DNA from: a virus
Taxonomy: Duplodnaviria > Caudoviricetes
Direction: 5' to 3' (one strand)
IMG/VR virus record: IMGVR_UViG_3300025671_008697
DNA length: 64,000 bases
Below are positions 56,062 through 64,000 of this stretch, piece after piece. Every line of letters starts with the position of its first letter. The stretch's first letter is position 1. Position numbers and translations under genes: made by a program. The notes under the pieces were generated by a model. That model saw nothing but the letters and a program-made list of their open reading frames with translations. It did no database searches and had not been told where the DNA came from.

Positions 56062-57488
56062 GCAAAGAGTATACACCAGAACTACAGAAACTATTTTTAG
56101 AAATGGTCATGCAAAATCCTGAAAGTTATTTGAGGGTGCAGAACATTTATAACTTTGAAAACTTTGACAGAACACTACGCAGTGCTGCCAAGTTTATCAG
56201 CGAACACGTCAAAGACCATAACGCCATGCCCACTGCTGAGCAGGTCGAAGCAGTGACACAGGTACAGTTACGACCAGTACCAGACTTGCAGGACAATCAT
56301 TATGATTGGTTTATGACAGAGTTTGAAGGATTTACTCGCAAACAGGAACTGGAGCGAGCAATTCTTAAATGTGCGGACATGCTGGAAAAAGGTGACTATG
56401 ATCCAGTAGAAAAAATCATCAAAGACGCAGTGCAGATCAGTCTGACCAAGGACATGGGCACAGACTATTTTGAAGATCCCAGAGCCAGGTTAATGAAGAT
56501 CAAAAGCAACAACGGACAGGTAAGCACTGGCTGGCCCACAATGGACAAACGTTTGTTTGGTGGTATGAATCGAGGCGAACTCAACATCTTTGCAGGTGGC
56601 TCGGGTAGTGGTAAATCGTTGTTTATGCAGAACATTGCTATTAACTGGATCACACAGGGACTGAACGGTGTGTTCTTAACACTGGAACTTAGTGAAGAAC
56701 TGTGTGCTATGCGTATGGATAGTATGGTAGCAAATGTCAGTACTAAGGAGATTTTCCGAGACTTAGACACTATCGAAATTAAACTAAAGATGGTGGGCAA
56801 GAAGTCTGGTAAAATGCGTATCAAGTACATGCCAGCACAGAGCAACGTAAATCAAATACGTGCTTACCTAAAAGAACTGGAAGTGCAGACAGGACAGCGA
56901 ACAGACTTTATCATGGTAGACTACTTAGATTTGGTCATGCCAGTCAGTGCCAAAGTGTCGCCCAATGATTTGTTTGTTAAGGACAAGTATGTATCGGAAG
57001 AACTTAGAAACTTGGCTAAGGAGTTTAACATCTTAATGGTAACTGCAAGTCAGTTGAATCGTAGTGCAGTGGAAGAAATTGAATTTGACCATAGTCACAT
57101 CAGTGGTGGTATCAGTAAGATCAATACTGCTGACAACGTGTTTGGTATCTTTACAAGTCGTGCAATGCGTGAGCGTGGTAGGTATCAGATACAGTTGATG
57201 AAAACTCGTAGTTCAAGCGGTGTAGGACAGAAAGTAGACTTGGACTTTGACCTAGAGTGTTTGCGTATCACAGATCCAGGTGAAGAAGCACAGGGTACTC
57301 CGGGCAGTTTGAAGCCACAGACCGGCAGTATCATGGCACAGATCAAAGCCAAGAGCACAGTAGACGAAGATACTGATACAAAACCACAACGTGCTACAGG
57401 AACACCTGTGTGGGAACAACAACCTCAGGTAGCAGGTGAAGCACAGAGTACAAAACTCAAGCAGATGTTAGCAGGGCTTAAAAAGTAG
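56058..57488 (+). CDS. gp41: Replicative helicase (T4 gp41/DnaB-like)
   Basis: 'AGGSGSGKS', 'TLELSE', 'MVDYLD', 'TASQLNR', 'MKTR'. Confidence 0.93.
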   Translation: MSKEYTPELQKLFLEMVMQNPESYLRVQNIYNFENFDRTLRSAAKFISEHVKDHNAMPTAEQVEAVTQVQLRPVPDLQDNHYDWFMTEFEGFTRKQELERAILKCADMLEKGDYDPVEKIIKDAVQISLTKDMGTDYFEDPRARLMKIKSNNGQVSTGWPTMDKRLFGGMNRGELNIFAGGSGSGKSLFMQNIAINWITQGLNGVFLTLELSEELCAMRMDSMVANVSTKEIFRDLDTIEIKLKMVGKKSGKMRIKYMPAQSNVNQIRAYLKELEVQTGQRTDFIMVDYLDLVMPVSAKVSPNDLFVKDKYVSEELRNLAKEFNILMVTASQLNRSAVEEIEFDHSHISGGISKINTADNVFGIFTSRAMRERGRYQIQLMKTRSSSGVGQKVDLDFDLECLRITDPGEEAQGTPGSLKPQTGSIMAQIKAKSTVDEDTDTKPQRATGTPVWEQQPQVAGEAQSTKLKQMLAGLKK

Positions 57489-57492
57489 AATA

Positions 57493-58497
57493 ATGTTAAG
57501 ATATGAAGACATAAAACAAGTCCATTTAGAAATTTCTTCACTATGCAATGCTAGGTGTCCTTTATGTCCTAGAAATTTTCGTGGCTATAATTATAACGAT
57601 GGATATATTGAAAGGAATCTAACGTTAGATGACGTAAAAAAAATATTTCAAGTTGACTTTTTAAAACAATTATCTAAAATACGAATTAACGGGAATTTTG
57701 GAGATATCGTTATGAATCCAGAAGGACCAGAAATTGTCAAATATTTTAAATCTGCTAATTCTAAACTTCAAATTACTATAAGCACTAACGGAAGTGGCAG
57801 ATCTAAGAATTTTTGGCACCGGCTTGCTGAAAATGCAGAGATAGATTTTTGTTTAGATGGGCTAAAAGACACTCACACATTGTACCGGCAAAATACAGAT
57901 TGGAAAACTATTATAAAAAATGCACAACATGTTATTAAAAACAATGGTGTAGCCAACTGGAAATTTATTTTATTTGACCACAATAAACATCAAGTCGAAG
58001 AAGCAAAAAAACTAGCAATGGACCTTGGATTTAGACAATTCAAACTCGTCGATCATGGAAGGAATACGGGACCCGTTTTTGATAAAAAAGGAAATTTATC
58101 GCATGTAATTGGAAATTATAAAGGAGAGACTAGTTTTCCAATTTTGTTTCATAAGAAAAAAACAGACATGGTTCTTGTTGAAGATATTATAGAAAACAGA
58201 GAACCAAAATTTAATATAAAATGTCAAACAAAAAAAGATTCAGAAATTTATATAACATCAACTGGTGAAGTTTATCCTTGCTGTTTTACAGGATTTAGTC
58301 CTAGGACATATGGGCACGGAGAATATCATGAAGCCGTTAATCAACAGATAAAAGATTTGCTACCAAAAAATAATAATGCTTTAGAAAATACATTAGAGGA
58401 ATGCGTTAGTTGGTTTAATAAAATTCAAAATAGTTGGAAAATTCAGTCATATGAGCAGGGAAGACTTATTGTTTGTGATGATAATTGTGGATTATGA
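57493..58497 (+). CDS. Radical SAM protein with SPASM/twitch domain (AT-rich insert)
   Basis: 'CNARCPLC' CxxxCxxC, 'TNG', C-terminal 'GEVYPCC' and 'C...C'. Confidence 0.88.
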   Translation: MLRYEDIKQVHLEISSLCNARCPLCPRNFRGYNYNDGYIERNLTLDDVKKIFQVDFLKQLSKIRINGNFGDIVMNPEGPEIVKYFKSANSKLQITISTNGSGRSKNFWHRLAENAEIDFCLDGLKDTHTLYRQNTDWKTIIKNAQHVIKNNGVANWKFILFDHNKHQVEEAKKLAMDLGFRQFKLVDHGRNTGPVFDKKGNLSHVIGNYKGETSFPILFHKKKTDMVLVEDIIENREPKFNIKCQTKKDSEIYITSTGEVYPCCFTGFSPRTYGHGEYHEAVNQQIKDLLPKNNNALENTLEECVSWFNKIQNSWKIQSYEQGRLIVCDDNCGL

Positions 58498-58527
58498 TAC
58501 TAAATATAACTAATCCGGAGTGAATTA

Positions 58528-58776
58528 GTGCAACGCAAGACTCGTAGCATATTAGAAGAATTAGACACCTTTAGATCGCCTAAAGACCGTGAAAATCTAA
58601 TAGAATCACGTGCAAATCACGTAATTCAGGGTGCTATCAACCTCATAAATTTCATTCGTGAAAACTATGACGCCACTCAGTCTGAAGAGTTAGAACGTAG
58701 ATTGCTTAACAGTATCAGAGCACAAGATTCTTCCAAATTCAGCCGTGGCGTAAAACGTATCAAAAATGAAAATTAA
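58528..58776 (+). CDS. Late hypothetical protein
   Basis: TAAATA at 58501; GTG start. Confidence 0.7.
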   Translation: MQRKTRSILEELDTFRSPKDRENLIESRANHVIQGAINLINFIRENYDATQSEELERRLLNSIRAQDSSKFSRGVKRIKNEN

Positions 58777-59398
58777 AGACGTTATTGTAGAACAGGGTGT
58801 AGGTCAAGAACTGTGGCGTCGAGCTACACTGCGTCCTGAGCAAAAACGGGAACTCGAGCAACTTGAAACAATGTTAGTAAGATTAACAAAACTACCGTTG
58901 CAACGAGTACAAAAGAACAGTAAAGATATTTTAAAGCAATACAAAGAACTTTTGAATCGTAACGATGATTGGGAAAAAGATCCTATTGGCAGAGAAGTAG
59001 CATTAGCAAAAGCAATTAGTCCTTATTATCCGGATACGGCCGAGCAAATTATCGCTGCGTATAGTGGTGAGAAAAAAGAAATAAACAAAACGCAGCAACA
59101 GCCATCAGCCGCAGTACAGACAAAACAACCGGCACAACAAACTAGACAATCGGTTATCCCTAGAGAACAAGGATTTGTTACCACTGTGATTGCACCAACA
59201 GCAGGTGGTGATAGAAAGTTCTGGTATGATGGAAAAAACTGGAAAGAATATTTTGGGTCAAATTGGCCAAACGATCTTCAAACATCGCAATCAGTGACAG
59301 ATGACAGAGTAATTGATTACATCGCAAAACAAGTTGCATTAAAGAATACCAGTAAAGTTCCTTACGGAACAACTAAACAAACTAAAAGAAAATCATGA
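58766..59398 (+). CDS. Late hypothetical protein with MKIKDVIVE leader
   Basis: 210 aa ORF. Confidence 0.7.
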   Translation: MKIKDVIVEQGVGQELWRRATLRPEQKRELEQLETMLVRLTKLPLQRVQKNSKDILKQYKELLNRNDDWEKDPIGREVALAKAISPYYPDTAEQIIAAYSGEKKEINKTQQQPSAAVQTKQPAQQTRQSVIPREQGFVTTVIAPTAGGDRKFWYDGKNWKEYFGSNWPNDLQTSQSVTDDRVIDYIAKQVALKNTSKVPYGTTKQTKRKS

Positions 59399-60663
59399 AG
59401 TTATTTGAAATCCGTAACACGGCCCCTCGTTGGCAACTGTGCGAAGCTGCAGAAGGTAAAAATCTACACCTTGAACATATTGAGGATTTGGTATTCAACG
59501 AAGGATACTTGGGCGCACAACGTGCTTTAAACTATCTTGAAAGCCTGCGTCAAATGTTAGCAGAAGGTGCTGGCCCTGCTAGTGCTCGTATTACAGTTAA
59601 ATGGGACGGTGCTCCGGCAATTATCTGCGGCACAGATCCTGTAGATGGTCGTTTTTTTGTGGGCACTAAGTCTGTGTTTACAAAAACAGAGCCCAAGGTC
59701 TGCAAAACACCAGGAGACATTAAAAAGTTTTATGGTGATAGACCCGAACTGTCAGAAAAACTCAGCCTTGCCTTAAAGTATCTGAGCAAATTAGGCATTG
59801 GCGGTGTGCTACAGGGCGACTTAATGTTTACACCTGGTGACATTGAACAAACACAAATTGACGGTGAAGATGTCTATGTGTTTACACCCAATACTATCAG
59901 TTACGCAGTACCTGTTAACAGTGAATTAGGTCAGCGCATCGCTAGTGCCAAAATAGGAATTATTTTCCACACTGCTTATGATGGCAGCAGTCTACCAGAA
60001 ATGACTGCCAGTTTTGGCGCTGAGGTATCCGGGCTTAACCGCAGTCGTGATGTGTGGTTTGATGACGCTACATACAAAGATTTGACTGGTGTTGCCAGTT
60101 TAACACCACAAGAAAATAGACAGATTGCGTCAGTGTTACGTGCTGGTGCTACTACACTACAAAAATTACAGAAAAACAAGTTCGACGTCATCTTAGGTAA
60201 TCCAGAGTTTAGTCAGTATATCAAGCCTTTTATCAACAACATGGTCAAAGGTGGAGAACAGGTTGGAGAGCCTATTCAGTTTTTAAATGACTTCTTGGAA
60301 TTTTATCGTGGCAAGATGCAAGACCAAATCGAAAAACTAAAAGGCGGACCTGAAAGCCGAGCAGCCCAAGCACGTATTGAAAAGATCCAGCAAAACGAGC
60401 AGTTTGTGGAAGATAACACCAACACACTGCTGGGTATATTAGCAGTCTATAAACGTATTATTGAGGCAAAAATGCTGATTTTACGCAAACTACAGACTAT
60501 AGAAAGCATTGGCACTTTCTTAAAAACCGACACAGGCTATAGAGTTACCGCACCAGAAGGGTTTGTTGCCATAGGACACGATGGTGGCGCAGTTAAACTG
60601 GTAGACAGAATCGAATTTAGCCGTGAAAACTTCCTGGCCACCAAAGCCTGGAGCAAAACCTAA
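59395..60663 (+). CDS. ATP-dependent ligase-superfamily (RNA ligase-like, DUF6267-like) protein
   Basis: Motif I 'VKWDG', 'FFVGTKS', III 'LQGDLMF', IV 'PEGFV', V 'VKLV'. Confidence 0.65.
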   Translation: MKLFEIRNTAPRWQLCEAAEGKNLHLEHIEDLVFNEGYLGAQRALNYLESLRQMLAEGAGPASARITVKWDGAPAIICGTDPVDGRFFVGTKSVFTKTEPKVCKTPGDIKKFYGDRPELSEKLSLALKYLSKLGIGGVLQGDLMFTPGDIEQTQIDGEDVYVFTPNTISYAVPVNSELGQRIASAKIGIIFHTAYDGSSLPEMTASFGAEVSGLNRSRDVWFDDATYKDLTGVASLTPQENRQIASVLRAGATTLQKLQKNKFDVILGNPEFSQYIKPFINNMVKGGEQVGEPIQFLNDFLEFYRGKMQDQIEKLKGGPESRAAQARIEKIQQNEQFVEDNTNTLLGILAVYKRIIEAKMLILRKLQTIESIGTFLKTDTGYRVTAPEGFVAIGHDGGAVKLVDRIEFSRENFLATKAWSKT

Positions 60664-60740
60664 CCTATCCCAACCATTTTTTTCCAAAGGCATAAATAAT
60701 TGTATGCGTTTCGACGCAGACTTTTTAAAGGAATAAGAAA

Positions 60741-61127
60741 ATGGCAGTATTTACACGTACAAATGGTAGCGCCGAAACAGTAGTAAGCGTTGGTGCAGTT
60801 TCTGTTAGCGCAGAAACATCCAGTACACCAATCATGGTTGGTGTTGGCCCAAGCCCAATTGAATTCAGAACCCTAGTAGCAAACGCTACAATGGCCGCTG
60901 AAATGGGTACAGGCGAAGCAGTTGAAGCTCTACTCAAGTGGTTAGGCACAACTTCGACAATCCTAGGATACCAAGTTGACACAACAACACTAAGTGTTAT
61001 GACACAAGCAGCCGACACAACAAGTTGGACAGCAGCAAATGCTAACACCGCTCTAGACGGTGATAGTATTATTAACATCCGTGTTCAAAGCGTTAACGAC
61101 ACAGGCTTTAAACTAGCAACAAGTTAA
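60741..61127 (+). CDS. Small Ala/Thr-rich structural protein (possible head decoration)
   Basis: TAAATA at 60693, strong RBS, own terminator. Confidence 0.6.
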   Translation: MAVFTRTNGSAETVVSVGAVSVSAETSSTPIMVGVGPSPIEFRTLVANATMAAEMGTGEAVEALLKWLGTTSTILGYQVDTTTLSVMTQAADTTSWTAANANTALDGDSIINIRVQSVNDTGFKLATS

Positions 61128-61146
61128 TTTTACGGAAATTAGCAAA

Positions 61147-61173
61147 GAAGGCAGCAATTATGCTGCCTTTTTT
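61147..61173 (+). terminator. Rho-independent terminator
   Basis: AAGGCAGCA-ATTA-TGCTGCCTT followed by T-run; TATAAATA follows at 61180. Confidence 0.8.
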
Positions 61174-61188
61174 GTTGGCTATAAATAT

Positions 61189-61596
61189 TTGACCATGCGT
61201 GATATATTAATGACCACACTGGTAGACATTACCAACACTGGTGTAATCAAAGGTGAAAGCCCGGAACGTGATCAAATGCGTAACTGGCAGTCAGTGCTAC
61301 AGGTCTTGGGACTGCGTACACAAGTAAATGTTATAGCAGGTCCTGAAGTGTTCCAGTTAGAAGACCTTGAAGGTTTAGACTTTGGTGAAGATTATCGGGG
61401 ACAGCACAACGTATGGGCCATGCGTTTTTGTGAAATGGACGCCAACGACATTTATTCAGTCAAAGAACTTAGAGAAGATTTCAATGAAGTGCCTGTTATT
61501 GTAGGATTAGAAGAAACTGCACGCTTCATGCTGCCTATATTTTTCAGCTACGGCACACTAAAAAACATACACTTTAGATATAACGAGCACAGATAA
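61189..61596 (+). CDS. Late hypothetical protein
   Basis: 135 aa; 'TLVDITNTG', 'Q.RNW..VLQVLGLRTQ'. Confidence 0.75.
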   Translation: MTMRDILMTTLVDITNTGVIKGESPERDQMRNWQSVLQVLGLRTQVNVIAGPEVFQLEDLEGLDFGEDYRGQHNVWAMRFCEMDANDIYSVKELREDFNEVPVIVGLEETARFMLPIFFSYGTLKNIHFRYNEHR

Positions 61597-61685
61597 ATAT
61601 TAGTTGATGCTACGGCACCACTAGGCACTCTTTATGGCTCACACTGGCTTACTAAAAAAGCATCGTATAACTATACGAGAATATA

Positions 61686-61946
61686 ATGTCATCTACAGAG
61701 ATAGAGAAAAAGAACCTGGAGGCGCACGTAGAACTATGTGCTGAAAGGTATGAAGCTTTGGACCACAAATTAACAAACTTGGACAACAGGTTAACCAAAG
61801 TCGAAGAGCACGTTATTGCGATACGTGATAACATCACTCAAAAAACAGGTGGCATTAACAAACAGACAATCACAATGTTAAGTGGAGTAGCCGGAATACT
61901 GCTAACTACTATACTAGGATTGTTATTACACTTGGCAACCAAATAA
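61686..61946 (+). CDS. Coiled-coil protein with C-terminal TM helix (holin/XhlA-like)
   Basis: 'LEAHVELCAERY..L', hydrophobic C-terminus. Confidence 0.55.
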   Translation: MSSTEIEKKNLEAHVELCAERYEALDHKLTNLDNRLTKVEEHVIAIRDNITQKTGGINKQTITMLSGVAGILLTTILGLLLHLATK

Positions 61947-61947
61947 C

Positions 61948-62166
61948 GTGAAGATCGTCGAAGTAACCAAATCATTCTCAGTGGCTATCACTAACGAAGA
62001 AGCAGACTTGTACATCAAGTTTGACACAGATACGCCCATGATGAAACGTCATGAAATGACTGAGCAACAAATAATAACGGCCAATCAACTAGTAAACAAA
62101 GATTTATTAATACGTAAAAAGAATGAAGACGGCCAAATCATCTATAGAAAAAGAAGTAGCAGGTAA
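61948..62166 (+). CDS. Hypothetical protein
   Basis: 72 aa ORF, coupled. Confidence 0.65.
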   Translation: MKIVEVTKSFSVAITNEEADLYIKFDTDTPMMKRHEMTEQQIITANQLVNKDLLIRKKNEDGQIIYRKRSSR

Positions 62167-62653
62167 ACTGCTGGTAGACGTTGCGTTTGAACGAGCACAT
62201 CGTTGGACAGAACGCGAGTTCAATCAACTAAGATACAAAGAAGATTTTATCATACATGTACCCATGTCTAAACGTTCGTGGGCAGTGGGCAAATTTGATC
62301 TAACCTTAGTGGGCGATCATCGTTGGCACTTAACTGATAGAGACCGAATTGACCTAACGTTTTACAGCAGAAAAGCCGCAGTATTTTATGCGTACTTTAC
62401 TCAACGTCGACAGTACAAATTAGCGGATCCTCTGGTTAGATCGGATCAGGATGTTGCCAAATACAGAGATGAACTAGAATTTTATAGCCAAAAACTTGCA
62501 AAACAATTGAAAAATAAAAAAATAACATTTGACACACAACTGTATCAAAGCAGGTATTTAGAAAGTCGAGCACGGTACAATAGTGCTAGAAAAGAACTAG
62601 AAAAAACTCTAAACCAAACTAAATATACTAAAGTTTGGGACCAAATATTATGA
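62123..62653 (+). CDS. Hypothetical protein
   Basis: 176 aa ORF. Confidence 0.65.
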   Translation: MKTAKSSIEKEVAGKLLVDVAFERAHRWTEREFNQLRYKEDFIIHVPMSKRSWAVGKFDLTLVGDHRWHLTDRDRIDLTFYSRKAAVFYAYFTQRRQYKLADPLVRSDQDVAKYRDELEFYSQKLAKQLKNKKITFDTQLYQSRYLESRARYNSARKELEKTLNQTKYTKVWDQIL

Positions 62654-63348
62654 ACTTAAAAGAATTAGCACCAAAGCCTACAAAGCGATTTAACAAAGTT
62701 ATGGAAAGCCGTTTCGGCTTCGCCATCGACTATGACAACCTAAGTCCAGTTAAGGCACAAAAGATGAGTTTCGCCATTGGCGAGCAACTAACAAAAATCC
62801 GTCAAAGTTACGGAGCACATACCGCAGAGCAAAACCCCAAGTATATGGAAATGCTCATGGTACGTGAAGGCTTAGATGCTTGGTTGGCAGAAAACTTTGA
62901 TGGAGAAGTTGAGCCTCAACAGCAACTAACAGAAGGTGAATTAGAAACCGCTGAAGTAGTATTGGCTGCAAAAGACATGCAGGACAGTGTACAGGCAATG
63001 GTTGAAGACGCCAGCAAGATGCTTAACGAGCAATTGCCCCCATTGTTAGATACCATCCGTGACCAAGTTGGTGTAGCACAAGGTGATCAGTTTAGAAATA
63101 CTGTAGCACCAGCACTGCAAACACTATTAGATCAGTTAAACACAGCACGTGACACACTAGATCAAGCAAGCCGCGCACTAGCAGGTGAGCAAACTGCTGA
63201 GCCAATGTCCATGGGCGGTGAAGAACCCGCTGCCGAATTACCTGGTGGTGATGAAGACTTAAGCGACCTAGACAGCGAAGATGATGGTTTTGCTACCAGC
63301 GACGCTGCTGCAGGTGGTGAAGAAGAAATGGGCAGAGAGCGCCGCTAA
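62650..63348 (+). CDS. Probable prohead core/scaffold-type helical protein (start re-assigned to 62650)
   Basis: TAAATA at 62620; helical with acidic tail. Confidence 0.5.
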   Translation: MNLKELAPKPTKRFNKVMESRFGFAIDYDNLSPVKAQKMSFAIGEQLTKIRQSYGAHTAEQNPKYMEMLMVREGLDAWLAENFDGEVEPQQQLTEGELETAEVVLAAKDMQDSVQAMVEDASKMLNEQLPPLLDTIRDQVGVAQGDQFRNTVAPALQTLLDQLNTARDTLDQASRALAGEQTAEPMSMGGEEPAAELPGGDEDLSDLDSEDDGFATSDAAAGGEEEMGRERR

Positions 63349-63725
63349 TGCGTCTAAGCGAATTTGCAGGAGACAACCCAGACAGGAGCAGTGACTTATA
63401 TGCAAATGTAGTCACTGCTCTTAGTCTCATGCAGAATCAAATTAAAGATAAAAAACTTAAAGCAGAAATTCCCACAGAACTGGTATTACGATATATTCGT
63501 AATACTGGAATGGCTGGTTTTAGTTATCAGGACCTTGTTGCTGCTAATTCCCAAGAGCCAGCAATGAAATCAATAGTAAAAAATATCACACCAGACACTG
63601 TTACTGTAAACACTGACACTGCTGCAGACGTTGAAAATCCAGACGAAGTAGCGCAGGCAGTAGACAACCCAGAACAAGTTGTTTCGAACATGGCCAAAGA
63701 CGCCATGGCTCGTAGACAAGACTAA
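63348..63725 (+). CDS. Late hypothetical protein
   Basis: 125 aa, coupled TAATG. Confidence 0.7.
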   Translation: MRLSEFAGDNPDRSSDLYANVVTALSLMQNQIKDKKLKAEIPTELVLRYIRNTGMAGFSYQDLVAANSQEPAMKSIVKNITPDTVTVNTDTAADVENPDEVAQAVDNPEQVVSNMAKDAMARRQD

Positions 63726-63761
63726 TTAAATACTGTATAATATTTTTTTTAGGAAGATACT

Positions 63762-64000
63762 ATGGCGTATTCTGATAAAGTTCTGGACCACTATGAAAAC
63801 CCCCGTAACGTAGGCAGTTTTGCCAAAGATGAGCCAGGCGTTGGCACGGGCATGGTTGGTGCTCCGGCTTGCGGTGACGTCATGAAATTACAGATCAAAG
63901 TAGACAACGGTGTAATCACAGATGCACGGTTTAAAACTTATGGGTGCGGTTCGGCAATTGCAAGTTCCAGCTTAGTTACAGAGTGGGTCAAAGGAAGAAC
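63762..64000 (+). CDS. iscU: Fe-S cluster scaffold IscU (5' part, runs off window)
   Basis: MAYSDKVLDHYENPRNVG...GAPACGDVMKLQIKV...DARFKTYGCGSAIASSS; absent from the ORF track because truncated. Confidence 0.95.
   Translation, partial: MAYSDKVLDHYENPRNVGSFAKDEPGVGTGMVGAPACGDVMKLQIKVDNGVITDARFKTYGCGSAIASSSLVTEWVKGR

Noticed and set aside
15795-57488. Inteins or introns in terminase, UvsX, UvsW, primase or helicase
   Set aside because: All have ordinary lengths with contiguous motifs, and no Hint or LAGLIDADG blocks are visible.
848-60191. Numerous short overlapping or antisense ORFs inside long genes (e.g. 848, 4700, 12284, 16937, 40434, 44552, 56465)
   Set aside because: They are nested in well-supported genes, lack an RBS or promoter and have no recognisable motifs.

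Overview
This 64 kb window is part of a large, lytic-type T4-like myovirus genome. It uses the standard genetic code and is almost entirely + strand. It holds the tail/neck/head-assembly module (neck, sheath, tube, head completion, terminase) and T4-like replication/recombination genes (gp32, UvsX, UvsY, UvsW, primase, gp41 helicase, gp62-like). There is a cluster of 15 intact CCA-encoding tRNA genes, auxiliary metabolism genes (guaC, nadE, rubredoxin, iscU) and a nucleotide-sugar island (two NDP-sugar dehydratases, RfbH/E1, FkbM methyltransferase, split ThDP enzyme). AT-rich single-gene inserts interrupt core operons. Two promoter classes are readable: consensus sigma70 (TTGACA-17-TATAAT) and T4-like late TAAATA. 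The most unusual observations are: (1) a family of long-stem 'stalk' elements with variable interiors between tRNA genes, whose arms pair the ACCA end of the upstream tRNA; (2) a ~210 nt GC-rich structured RNA directly after tRNA-Cys; (3) a 193 aa miniature DnaE that keeps all catalytic landmarks; (4) a T4 capsid-targeting-like N-terminal signal on many late proteins, including a ligase-like and a nuclease-like enzyme; (5) an 18 bp palindromic box abutting the -35 of several sigma70 promoters. All calls come from motif recognition by eye. No database searches were run.
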